DNA from: Longimicrobiales bacterium
Lineage (GTDB): Bacteria > Gemmatimonadota > Gemmatimonadetes > Longimicrobiales > Gaopeijiaceae
DNA: 64,000 bases
Reading direction: 5' to 3'
Assembly (NCBI GenBank): GCA_965202805.1
Contig: OZ241869.1
Coordinates: forward strand, 1,056,001 to 1,120,000
The notes under the pieces are model-generated. The model was not told where the DNA came from, did not search any database, and saw nothing but the letters and a program-made list of their open reading frames with translations. The position numbers were made by a program, and so were the translations under genes. Positions 9,656-18,835 of the stretch are shown piece by piece; positions within the stretch are counted from its first letter, which is position 1, and the number at the start of each line of letters is the position of its first letter.

Positions 9656-9677
9656 CCCCGCCGGCGGGCGCCCCTCC

Positions 9678-11306
9678 ATGACGGATCACGACAAACAGAC
9701 CAGCCCGCGCGCGCGCGCCATCGGGTTCTGGCTCGGGGCGGGCTGCTTCCTGCTGCTGCTCGCCTTCCCCATCGATCCGGGCAACCTGCCCGCGAGCCGC
9801 CTCGCCGCCGTCGCGAGCCTGATGGCGATCTGGTGGGTGAGCAACGCGCTTCCGCTCTTCGCGACCGCCATTCTTCCGCTGGTGCTCTTCCCCCTGCTGG
9901 GCATCATGTCCGGGAACGATGTCGCGCCGGTCTACTTCAACAGCACGATCGTCCTCTTCCTCGGAGGGTTCATGATCGCGCTGACGATGGAGAGGTGGAA
10001 TCTCCACAAGCGCATCGCCCTCGGCATCATCCACGCGGTGGGCGGCGGACCTCCGCGCATCATTCTGGGCTTCATGGTGGCGGCCGCCTTCCTCTCCATG
10101 TGGATTTCCAACACGGCCACCGCGGTGATGATGGTGCCGATCGGGCTCGCGATGGTGCTCCAGGTCGAGGAGACCGCCGGCGCCCGGCAGTCGCGCACGT
10201 TCACCATCGCCCTCATGCTCGGCATCGCGTACGGCTGTTCGATGGGCGGGCTGACGACGCTGGTCGGAACCCCTCCCAACCTGTCCTTCCAGCGCATCTT
10301 CCAGATCATCTTCCCCGAAGCGCCTCCCATCGACTTCGGCACCTGGATCGTGCTGGGCCTGCCGATCGGGGTCACGATGCTCGCGGTGGCCTGGCTGCTG
10401 CTCACACAGGTCCTCTATCGCCCATCGCCGGAAATCCGGATCGAGCGGGATGTGCTCGAGCGCGAACGCGCCGGCCTGGGCCCGATCTCCTTCGAGGAGC
10501 GCTCCGTGGCGACCGTCTTCGCCATGACCGCGCTGCTCTGGGTCTTCAGGCGGGATCTGGAGCTCGGTTTCGCCACCGTTCCCGGCTGGTCGAACCTCCT
10601 CCCCTTCCCCGGGATGATCGACGACGGCACCGTGGCGATCGCGATGGCGTCGGTGCTGTTCTTCATCCCGACCCGCAACCGGGCGCCGCGCGATGCCGGC
10701 GTCAAGGCTCCGGACGCGACCTCGCGGTGGCGGGCGCTGATTCGCTGGGCGACCCGTTTCGGGACCGCGAACCGCGTAATGGGCGCCGAGGTGATCCCGC
10801 GCCTGCCCTGGAACATCGTCCTCCTCTTCGGCGGAGGGTTTGCGCTCGCGGCCGGCTTCCAGGGCACCGGGCTCGCCAACATCATCGGGAATCAGTTCCA
10901 GGGACTCGGCGGGCTGCCGGACTTCGTCGTCATCCTCCTGGTGTGCCTGACCCTCACCTTCCTCACCGAGCTGACCAGCAACCTGGCCACCACGGAGATG
11001 ATCCTCCCCATCCTCGCCTCGGTGGCGGTGCTCACCGGGATGAACCCGCTGATGCTGATGGTTCCGGCGACGCTGTCCGCCTCGTGCGCGTTCATGATGC
11101 CGGTCGCGACGCCTCCCAACGCCATCGTCTTCGGCAGCGACCGCATTTCGGTTGGGGAGATGGCGCGCGCGGGCATCTTCCTGAACCTGATCGGGGCGCT
11201 TGTGATCGCCACCCTTGTGCTGACGCTGGGAGAGACCGTCTTCGGCATCGAATCGGGCGTGATGCCGGAGTGGGCGACGGAGATGGCGGGCGAGGTCGGC
11301 GGCTGA
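9678..11306 (+). CDS. SLC13/DASS sodium:dicarboxylate/sulfate symporter, copy 1
   Basis: Multi-TM protein; LSMWISNTAT, GTPPN, LFGGGFALA, ELTSN, MMPVATPPNA. Confidence 0.9.
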   Translation: MTDHDKQTSPRARAIGFWLGAGCFLLLLAFPIDPGNLPASRLAAVASLMAIWWVSNALPLFATAILPLVLFPLLGIMSGNDVAPVYFNSTIVLFLGGFMIALTMERWNLHKRIALGIIHAVGGGPPRIILGFMVAAAFLSMWISNTATAVMMVPIGLAMVLQVEETAGARQSRTFTIALMLGIAYGCSMGGLTTLVGTPPNLSFQRIFQIIFPEAPPIDFGTWIVLGLPIGVTMLAVAWLLLTQVLYRPSPEIRIERDVLERERAGLGPISFEERSVATVFAMTALLWVFRRDLELGFATVPGWSNLLPFPGMIDDGTVAIAMASVLFFIPTRNRAPRDAGVKAPDATSRWRALIRWATRFGTANRVMGAEVIPRLPWNIVLLFGGGFALAAGFQGTGLANIIGNQFQGLGGLPDFVVILLVCLTLTFLTELTSNLATTEMILPILASVAVLTGMNPLMLMVPATLSASCAFMMPVATPPNAIVFGSDRISVGEMARAGIFLNLIGALVIATLVLTLGETVFGIESGVMPEWATEMAGEVGG

Positions 11307-11373
11307 CCGCCGGCCGGACGACCGCAGCCCGTCGGACCGCCGGCAGGCCCGGGCTCGCCCAGGGGGCGACACC

Positions 11374-13005
11374 ATGACGGATCATCGACCACCGACCAGC
11401 CGCCGGACGCAGGCGATCGGCTTCTGGCTCGGCCTGGGCTGCTTCCTCCTGCTGCTGGCCTTTCCGGTGGATGCCGCCAACGCGCCCGCAAGCGGCCTCG
11501 CCGCCGTCGTGAGCCTGATGGCGATCTGGTGGGTGAGCAACGCGCTCCCGCTCTTCGCGACCGCCATTCTTCCGCTGGTGCTCTTCCCCCTGCTCGGCAT
11601 CATGTCCGGGAATGAGGTCGCGCCCGTCTACTTCAACGGCACGATCGTCCTCTTCCTGGGAGGGTTCATGATCGCGCTCTCCATGCAGAGGTGGAACCTG
11701 CACAAGCGCATCGCCCTGGGCATCATCCACGCCGTGGGCGGGGGACCGGCGCGCATCATTCTCGGCTTCATGGTGGCGGCCGCCTTCCTCTCCATGTGGA
11801 TCGCCAACACCGCCACCGCCGTGATGATGGTGCCGATCGGGCTCGCGATGGTGCTCCAGGTCGAGGAGACCGCCGGCATCAGGCACTCGCGCACGTTCAC
11901 GGTCGCCCTCATGCTCGGCATCGCCTACGCCTGTTCGATGGGCGGTGTGACGACGCTGGTGGGAACCACTCCCAACCTGTCCTTCCAGCGCATCTTCCAG
12001 ATCATCTTCCCCGAAGCGCCCCCGATCGAGTTCGGCACCTGGATGGTCCTGGCCACGCCCGTCGGGATCACGATGGTCGCGGTGTGCTGGTTCATGCTGA
12101 CCCAGGTCCTCTATCGCCCATCGCCGGAAGTGCAGATCGACCGGGACGTCCTCGCGCGCGAGCGCGCCGGGCTCGGTCCGATCTCGTTCGAGGAACGCTC
12201 CGTGCTGATCGTCTTCGCCATCACCGCGGTGCTGTGGATCTTCCGGCGGGACCTGGAACTCGGCTTCGGAACGATTCCGGGCTGGTCCAACCTCCTTCCC
12301 TTCCCCGGGATGATCGACGACGGCACCGTGGCGATCGCCATGGCGGCGGTCCTCTTCTTCATACCGACCCGGAACCAGCCGCCGCGCGGGCCGACCGGGG
12401 CGACGGCCGCCCGCGTCCCCGGGTGGCTGAAGCCGCTGCGCCGGGCAGCCCGTTTCGCAAGCGCAAACCGTGTCATGGGCGCGGAGGTGATCCCGCGTCT
12501 GCCGTGGAACATCGTGCTCCTCTTCGGAGGAGGCTTCGCGCTCGCGGCCGGTTTCACCGACACCGGGCTCGCGAACATCATCGGGAATCAGTTCCAGGGA
12601 CTGGGCGGGCTGCCGCCCTTCGTCGTCATCGTCCTGGTGTGCCTCACGCTCACCTTCCTGACCGAACTGACCAGCAATCTGGCCACCACGGAGATGATCC
12701 TCCCCATCCTGGCTTCGGTGGCGGTGGTGACGGAGATGAATCCGCTCACGCTGATGCTCCCCGCGACACTGTCCGCGTCGTGCGCGTTCATGATGCCGGT
12801 CGCGACGCCGGCCAACGCCATCGTCTTCGGCAGCGACCGCATATCGGTCGGAGAGATGGCGCGCGCGGGCATCCTGCTGAACCTGATCGGGGTGGTCGTG
12901 GTCACCACGGTGGTGATGCTGCTGGGAGAGGCGGTCTTCGACTTCGACCGGGGGGTCATGCCGGACTGGGCGACGGGGGCCGCCGGGGGCGAGGTCGGCG
13001 GGTAG
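11374..13005 (+). CDS. SLC13/DASS symporter, copy 2 (tandem paralog)
   Basis: Collinear and closely similar to 9678-11306, with motif variants WIANTAT, GTTPN, ATPANA. Confidence 0.9.
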   Translation: MTDHRPPTSRRTQAIGFWLGLGCFLLLLAFPVDAANAPASGLAAVVSLMAIWWVSNALPLFATAILPLVLFPLLGIMSGNEVAPVYFNGTIVLFLGGFMIALSMQRWNLHKRIALGIIHAVGGGPARIILGFMVAAAFLSMWIANTATAVMMVPIGLAMVLQVEETAGIRHSRTFTVALMLGIAYACSMGGVTTLVGTTPNLSFQRIFQIIFPEAPPIEFGTWMVLATPVGITMVAVCWFMLTQVLYRPSPEVQIDRDVLARERAGLGPISFEERSVLIVFAITAVLWIFRRDLELGFGTIPGWSNLLPFPGMIDDGTVAIAMAAVLFFIPTRNQPPRGPTGATAARVPGWLKPLRRAARFASANRVMGAEVIPRLPWNIVLLFGGGFALAAGFTDTGLANIIGNQFQGLGGLPPFVVIVLVCLTLTFLTELTSNLATTEMILPILASVAVVTEMNPLTLMLPATLSASCAFMMPVATPANAIVFGSDRISVGEMARAGILLNLIGVVVVTTVVMLLGEAVFDFDRGVMPDWATGAAGGEVGG

Positions 13006-13020
13006 CCCGCACTGCCCGCG

Positions 13021-13581
13021 CTAACGCCCCTGGGCGTCCCTCTTGCGCCGTCCCGCGACGGCGCCGCGGATGGCGTCCTCGAGGCGCCGGGGATGATCGC
13101 TTCCCACGTAGAGCCGGCGGCCCTCCTCGAGCCCGATCACGACCGCGCGATCGCCGCGTGCGGTCCAGGCCTTCTTCTTGCCCGCACCGCGAACCCCCCA
13201 GCCTCCGAACTCCACCAGCGGCCGGTAGCGCACGCTCTCCAGCGAGACGATGCTGTCGAAGGGCACCATCTTGCGCACGAGCCGCACCGATCCCAGGTGC
13301 ATCACGATGCGGGTGTCCTGCACCAGCACCGTCAGCCCGCCCAGCACCATGCGCAGGCCCCATCCCGCGGCGAGGATGGCCGCGACCACGGCCAGCCGGA
13401 AGAGGATGCCGCCCCCCGAGGTGACGAACACGGAATACGCGCACGACACGATCGCCCCGCAATAGATGAGATCCACCCAGGACGCCCAGGGCGTGCGTTC
13501 GCGGTAACGGGTCTGCTCCTCCGTGGTCACTTTGCGCTCCGGTCCGGATGCGGTGAGGGGGAACGCTCCTTCGGCAGTCAT
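13021..13581 (-). CDS. Hypothetical membrane protein (two TM segments plus a C-terminal domain with FGGWGVR)
   Basis: ATGA overlap with the NUDIX stop; hydrophobic segments; YRPLVEFGGWGVR and VGSDHP. Confidence 0.7.
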   Translation of the reverse strand: MTAEGAFPLTASGPERKVTTEEQTRYRERTPWASWVDLIYCGAIVSCAYSVFVTSGGGILFRLAVVAAILAAGWGLRMVLGGLTVLVQDTRIVMHLGSVRLVRKMVPFDSIVSLESVRYRPLVEFGGWGVRGAGKKKAWTARGDRAVVIGLEEGRRLYVGSDHPRRLEDAIRGAVAGRRKRDAQGR

Positions 13582-14159
13582 TCTACCATTCCTCCACCGT
13601 TGCCGCCCGCCGCCGGCCGGAGCTCTGCCAGCCGGCTCTTCAGGAAGCGCTGCAGGATGCGGTACGTGAGCCCCCATACCGGTTGTCCCGCAACCCGGTA
13701 GCAGGGGAATTTCCGCTCTCCCGCAGGCGTCTCCACCGCCACCTCCGAGCGCGCCCCGGGGGCACCGAGGTCGGCGACGGGCACCCAATATACGGCCGCG
13801 ATCTCGGTGCTGGCCACGTGCGCGTCAGGGCCTTCCGACAGGAGGAACACGAAGGGGGCGATCACGAGCCGGGGGATCGCGCGCGATGTCGGCTTCAGGT
13901 CGGGAAGCCGGCCCACCAGCACGCCCGAGCGGTCCAGGTCAATCCCGACTTCCTCGCGTGTCTCCCGCACCGCGGTCTCGCGCAGGTCGGCGTCCTCCGG
14001 ATCCCGGCGCCCCCCCGGGAGCGCCATCTGCCCCGACCAGGGATCGCGCGCGGACCGCGCCCGGCGGACGAGGAGGATGGCAGGGGCGGGCTCCCGGCGC
14101 ACCACGAGGGCGACCGCAGCCTGCATTCTCGGGCCCCTGCCGGCCGGGATCCCGCTCAC
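13578..14159 (-). CDS. CoA pyrophosphatase, NUDIX family
   Basis: PWSGQMALPGG followed by the Nudix box GRRDPEDADLRETAVRETREEVG; VWGLT near the C-terminus. Confidence 0.85.
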   Translation of the reverse strand: MSGIPAGRGPRMQAAVALVVRREPAPAILLVRRARSARDPWSGQMALPGGRRDPEDADLRETAVRETREEVGIDLDRSGVLVGRLPDLKPTSRAIPRLVIAPFVFLLSEGPDAHVASTEIAAVYWVPVADLGAPGARSEVAVETPAGERKFPCYRVAGQPVWGLTYRILQRFLKSRLAELRPAAGGNGGGMVE

Positions 14160-14232
14160 CGGCAGGAAGCCCGGGCCATCCGCGACGCCACCGAGAGCTC
14201 GGGAAGGCGGGGAGCAGTCCGTCCGCGGCCGG

Positions 14233-17127
14233 CTAGCTCACCACCCTCCTCTTCGCCCGGGGGCCGTCCTTCTGCTGCAGGTACGGCACGCCCTTCGTGA
14301 TCCAGTCGGGCGCCGGCTCACCCTTCAGGTAGTGGCCGAACCACTCCAGGATGCGCGTCTGGTAGTCCAGCTGGTTGGGCTCCTCGGCCAGCCCGTGGTT
14401 CTCGCCCTCGTAGACCAGCATCACCATCTGCTTCCCGGCCCGGCGCGCGGCGTTGTAGAACTCGACCCCCTGGTTGAACTCGACCGCCCCGTCCTCGGTC
14501 CCGAACATCATGAGCAACGGCGTGTTGAGCGTCTCGATGTGGTGTACCGGCGAGTTGTTGAAGTACGAGTCCCAGTCCTCCCACCAGGGCACCTGCATGC
14601 GTCCCTGGCTGATCTCGAAGATGCGCGCGTCCGTGCCGCCGCTGTTCCAGTAGAACGACAGGTACATGCTCATCAGGTTCGTGAGGGGCGCACCCGCCAC
14701 CGCGCTCGCGAACAGGTCGTCCTGGGTGACGAAGAAGGTCGTCTGGTAGCCGCCCCAGGAGTGTCCGATCAGCCCGACCCGCTCCCGGTCGACCAGCCCC
14801 GTCTCCAGCACGGCCGCCACCGCCGGGCGCAGCGTCTCAACGTTCGACTGCCCCGGTCTCCGGTCCCGGTAGACGATGTCCGGGCGGAAGACGAAGTATC
14901 CCTCGTGGGTCCAGATCTGCTGGTTGTAGTAGCGGGTCGGATCCGGCACCTGGTACTGGTGCAGGCCCTGCGACAGCAGCTCGTAGTGATAGACGATCAT
15001 CGGGTACTGCCGTCCCGGCTCGTAGCCGGCGGGGTAGGTCAGCGCTCCCTGCAGGCGCCGTCCCCACTCGTTCTCGTACTCGACGAGCTCGGTCCGTCCC
15101 CAGGCATAGTCGTCCTGGAAGGGGTTGGTGCGCGTGACCTGGGTAGCGTCGTCGAGATCCGGCCCGGACGCGAAGTAGTCGGGCGAGTCGTCGAAGCGCT
15201 CGCGCCGGAAGACGAAGAGGTCGGCGTCCCGGGCCTTCCTGAGCGTGGCACGGAAGGAACCGTAGGAGGCGTCGTCCCACACCAGGACCTCGGGGTCGCT
15301 GCCCGGCCGGGCCCGCGAGAAACCTGCCTCCTTGGTCCACTCGCTGTAGGTCGAGTAGTAGATGGGCTCGCCGGCATCGAAGGCCTCGGCTTCGGCATTC
15401 GGTTGAACGGCGCGGTAGCGCACGTCGGCCTCGGCCCCCTTCGTGAGGCGCCGGCCGCCCGAGCCGTCGGCGCGTACCTCCCACACGTCCCAGCGGTCGT
15501 TGATCAGCACGGCCCGGTCGTCCTCCGTCCAGCCGGCCAGCCCGAACGCGGGCATCTGCTCGCGGGTCGGTGTCAGGTCCAGGTTCACGAAGGTTCCGCC
15601 CAGGTCGGCCGTGATGTTGCGCGTCTCGTCGCTGGAGAGGTCATGGGTCCACCAGTCCTCGCCCTCGAACCAGATCGCGTAGCGGCCCTCCGGGCTCCCC
15701 TGGGCCGCGAGCGTGATCCGCTCCCGAACCGGGGACTCGGCGCCCGAGCGCGCGTCCACCGCGTAGAGGTCGTAGAACTGCTGGTTGAACATCGCGTCCA
15801 CGTCGTAGGGGGTCTCGTCGCGGTTGAGGACGTGGCCCCCTCCCTCCAGCAGCGTGGTCTGGTCGGCGTGTTCGCCGCCGAGCATCAGGAAGCGCCCGTC
15901 CTCCAGGTGCCACGCGCCGATGTGGTTGCGTTGCCGCAGCTGACGCTCTCGCACCCGCTGCTGAGGGACGGGATCGACGTCGAGCGAGTGCCAGATCTCC
16001 ACGCCGGCGCGCTCCTCCTCCTCGTCTTCACCTGCCTCGCCCCCTCCTCCTTCGCCTTCCCCGTCCTCTCGATCCCCCTCCGCATCGCCCTGCCCCTCAT
16101 CGCCCTCTGCTTCATCGCCCTCTGCTTCATCGCCTTCATCCGCCCCGCCCTCGCCTTCGCCCTCATCCTCGGGCACGGGGATGCGCTCCTGATAGCCGAG
16201 GAAGAGAATGGAGCCGTCCTCGGACCAGGAGGGCGCGCGGTGCTCGACCACGCGCTGTCCCGGGAGAAGCCCCGGCGAGGAGCGCGGATCGAGGACGAGC
16301 GCCGTGCCGTCGCCCTCATCCAGTTCCCGCCAGGCCAGGACGACATGCGCCGTGTCTTCGTGTTCGTCGTCGGTGTAGGTCTTGAGCACGGCCAGGTCCG
16401 CTGCCTCCTCGCGCCAGGAGAGCTCCCGGTACTCGGCCTCGTCCGTGTCCAGCGAGCGGATGCGGCCCGCCACCGGATCGTAGAGGCGCACCCCGTTGCC
16501 GACGCGGTCGGCGGCATCCACCGTCATCGCCAGCAGGTGCCCTTCGTCCTGCCACGCGAGCACGGCGACGTTGCCGAAGCTGATCGAGGTCCCCGAATCC
16601 AGATCGCGCACGATGGCATCCGCGCCCGCGCTCTCCTGCTCCTCCGGCTGGTAGCGTCGCAGCGCCAGATGGCGCCCGTCTCCCGAGAACGAGAACGACG
16701 AGATCTCCTCGATGGTCTCCTGCTCGCCCGTGCGCAGGTTCAGCAGCCCCATGTCGTTGCGCACCGGCTCGCGCCGCTCCTGGAGCGCCTCCCGCTCGTC
16801 GGGGGAGATGCCGATGACATAGGCGAGCCAGGCCCCGTCGTCGCTGAACCGCGGGCTCCGGCCGAAGGGAACCACCACCACCGAGTCGGAATCGGTGCGG
16901 TGGATGCGCAACTCGTCCTGGTCGTCGACCCGGCTGATGCCGACCGCGAGCCACAGTCCATCGGGAGAGAGCACTGCCTGGCCCAGCGTCTCCCACTGGC
17001 CGTAGTCGTCGGGTGTGAGGGTGGGCTTCTCTTGCGCGGATGCGGCGGACGGGAGGCCCGGGTGGGCCGCCAGTCCCGCGACGGCGACGAGGACAAGGAA
17101 CAGGCGCTGGGGAAACGGGGGCGTCAT
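14233..17127 (-). CDS. Secreted S9 (prolyl oligopeptidase) family peptidase
   Basis: Signal peptide, beta-propeller region, GHSWGG nucleophile, DGAV Asp, ENHG His. GAGGAG SD before ATG 17127. Confidence 0.9.
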   Translation of the reverse strand: MTPPFPQRLFLVLVAVAGLAAHPGLPSAASAQEKPTLTPDDYGQWETLGQAVLSPDGLWLAVGISRVDDQDELRIHRTDSDSVVVVPFGRSPRFSDDGAWLAYVIGISPDEREALQERREPVRNDMGLLNLRTGEQETIEEISSFSFSGDGRHLALRRYQPEEQESAGADAIVRDLDSGTSISFGNVAVLAWQDEGHLLAMTVDAADRVGNGVRLYDPVAGRIRSLDTDEAEYRELSWREEAADLAVLKTYTDDEHEDTAHVVLAWRELDEGDGTALVLDPRSSPGLLPGQRVVEHRAPSWSEDGSILFLGYQERIPVPEDEGEGEGGADEGDEAEGDEAEGDEGQGDAEGDREDGEGEGGGGEAGEDEEEERAGVEIWHSLDVDPVPQQRVRERQLRQRNHIGAWHLEDGRFLMLGGEHADQTTLLEGGGHVLNRDETPYDVDAMFNQQFYDLYAVDARSGAESPVRERITLAAQGSPEGRYAIWFEGEDWWTHDLSSDETRNITADLGGTFVNLDLTPTREQMPAFGLAGWTEDDRAVLINDRWDVWEVRADGSGGRRLTKGAEADVRYRAVQPNAEAEAFDAGEPIYYSTYSEWTKEAGFSRARPGSDPEVLVWDDASYGSFRATLRKARDADLFVFRRERFDDSPDYFASGPDLDDATQVTRTNPFQDDYAWGRTELVEYENEWGRRLQGALTYPAGYEPGRQYPMIVYHYELLSQGLHQYQVPDPTRYYNQQIWTHEGYFVFRPDIVYRDRRPGQSNVETLRPAVAAVLETGLVDRERVGLIGHSWGGYQTTFFVTQDDLFASAVAGAPLTNLMSMYLSFYWNSGGTDARIFEISQGRMQVPWWEDWDSYFNNSPVHHIETLNTPLLMMFGTEDGAVEFNQGVEFYNAARRAGKQMVMLVYEGENHGLAEEPNQLDYQTRILEWFGHYLKGEPAPDWITKGVPYLQQKDGPRAKRRVVS

Positions 17128-17267
17128 GGCTGTCTTCTCCTCATTTGCGCGGATTGAGGGCGGGGGGCCGACGGGTTGTGGGTGAGTCTGCGCGGGCGAT
17201 GTGGCTGACTGAAGCTTACTTTTACGCATTTTACGCATTTTGTGTAATTCGCAGCCGCCCTCTGGTA

Positions 17268-18203
17268 CTACTGGGTCGACCGCACGCGAGCCAGAAAATC
17301 GTTCGCCGTTTCGCAGTCGACGATCGCCGCGGCAACTCGATCCGCATGTGCCGCATCCGTGCCGACCGCGAGAAGGCGCGATAACTCATCGGCGGCCTTC
17401 GGCCCGAACTTCCTTGCGGTCTGCCGGGTCAGGATCGCCACGATGCCTTGCTCGCGCCCCTGCCGGATCCCGTGCCGCCGCTCCTTGCGCTTCATCTCAT
17501 CCAGACTGCGACGAAACGCGACCGCCACAGTGTCCATCCTCATCGCCTCCTCCAGTTCACCGCCAGCAATCCCCATCGAACGTAACATCGCCCGCACCGC
17601 GCGAGCCACGAACCGGTCGTAATCCTCGTTGCCGCACGCCCGCGTCGCATCGCGTAACGCATATAGCCTGATGCGCATCCGATCCGCCGCACCCGCGGCC
17701 GCCACCCCGGCCAACTCCGCAGCCAGGTCCGGTTCCGCCGCCGAAGGGGCTTTCGCCCGTCGTGGCGCGACCAGCCTGTAGGCTTCCGGTGCCGAATCTC
17801 CGTAGAGCTCGCGCACGCGCTTCGGGGCGGTCCACGGCCTCTCGCCGTGGTGCAGGACGACGGCGAACACGGCCAGGGAAGTCCTGCCGCGCCGGAGTTC
17901 CTCGTCCTGCTCGATGAAGCGCTGGGCGGCGAGACAGCAATAGATGGTGGTTCGGAGCGCCATCGCCCGCTCCGGTCTGGCCTGGAACTCGACGATCAGC
18001 AGGTAGTTGGTTCTCCTGTCAAGGGATCGGACACGCCAGACCGTGTCGCTGTAGCGCAGCCCGAGTCGGTCTGTGACGTGTTCGGTGGGAAAGGCTTCCA
18101 AGGTTGCGAAGTCGGCTGTCCCGGCCCATTCGGGGAGGTGGCGGCGGATTAGGTTGTCGATCGTCAGTGAATGCCCGAACACCTGCTTGAGAAACGCATC
18201 CAC
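17268..18203 (-). CDS. Rpn/YhgA-like recombination-promoting nuclease (PD-(D/E)XK) with a DUF4351-like C-terminus
   Basis: DAFLKQVF, RYSDTVWRV, LLIVEFQARPERAMALR, VLHHGERPW, GIRQGREQG, RKFG. Start uncertain. Confidence 0.8.
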   Translation of the reverse strand: MDAFLKQVFGHSLTIDNLIRRHLPEWAGTADFATLEAFPTEHVTDRLGLRYSDTVWRVRSLDRRTNYLLIVEFQARPERAMALRTTIYCCLAAQRFIEQDEELRRGRTSLAVFAVVLHHGERPWTAPKRVRELYGDSAPEAYRLVAPRRAKAPSAAEPDLAAELAGVAAAGAADRMRIRLYALRDATRACGNEDYDRFVARAVRAMLRSMGIAGGELEEAMRMDTVAVAFRRSLDEMKRKERRHGIRQGREQGIVAILTRQTARKFGPKAADELSRLLAVGTDAAHADRVAAAIVDCETANDFLARVRSTQ

Positions 18204-18422
18204 CCGGGACTCTGTCCTTATGGCACGGGCGCGGATTGGCCCCGCTGGGGCCCGGTACACCAAGGTGGGCCCGGTTCGCGGGCGTATCCATAGCGGGATG
18301 GGACCGATGACCCAACGGCTTGGAGCAAACGGACTTACACGCGCACTCGGTCTTCAACCGCATTCCCCCTGCGGGGCAGCTACCCGGAACAGCCGGGCCG
18401 ATGGGCCGGTAGGATCGCGCTA

Positions 18423-18704
18423 ATGAGAGATTTCGTCACCTTCATGATCACGATCTTCGTCGCGGGCTGGGGTTCGGCCGTGATCTACACGGTGCTGCGC
18501 TTCTTCTGGAAGAGGCAGAACCAGAGTGCCCTTCCGCGCGGTGACGAGCGCATGCTCGCAGCGATGCGCGAAGAGTTGGATTCGCTCGAAACCCGGCTCA
18601 CACGGGTTGAGGACGAGACCCGTTTCGCGGCCGAGCTGAGGGCTCCCCACGTCCCGAAGCGGCTGGATACGGGAGAAGGGCGCGCACCACCCCCGAGTGG
18701 TTGA
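18423..18704 (+). CDS. Small single-TM coiled-coil protein
   Basis: N-terminal TM, then REELDSLETRLTRVEDETRFAAEL. AGGA SD. Resembles 39991-40296. Confidence 0.7.
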   Translation: MRDFVTFMITIFVAGWGSAVIYTVLRFFWKRQNQSALPRGDERMLAAMREELDSLETRLTRVEDETRFAAELRAPHVPKRLDTGEGRAPPPSG

Positions 18705-18835
18705 ACCAGGCGGAACGGACGGCGCGAAGCCTGCCCAGACCCTCAGTCGCGGCCCCCCTCCTGCCCGGACCCTCTTTTGTTGGCCAGTCAGGGCCGATTG
18801 TGGCGAACAAGAGAGGGGAGGCGAGGAGAGCGTTT

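Noticed and set aside
11303..11377. Another bridge ORF between the two DASS genes
   Set aside because: It would need a CTG start, and there is no junction duplication. An ATGA overlap arises whenever codon 2 begins with A.
13527..13581. Possible 51-bp junction duplication at the NUDIX / membrane protein boundary
   Set aside because: The similarity (ATGACTGCCGAAG vs GTGACCACGGAGG) is too weak to distinguish from an alternative in-frame start.
13807..17157. Very long antisense ORFs (this 1116-aa ORF, also 18701-21079, 26322-28967, 48080-51178 and others)
   Set aside because: These are shadow frames of GC-rich genes, with biased composition and no recognisable motifs.
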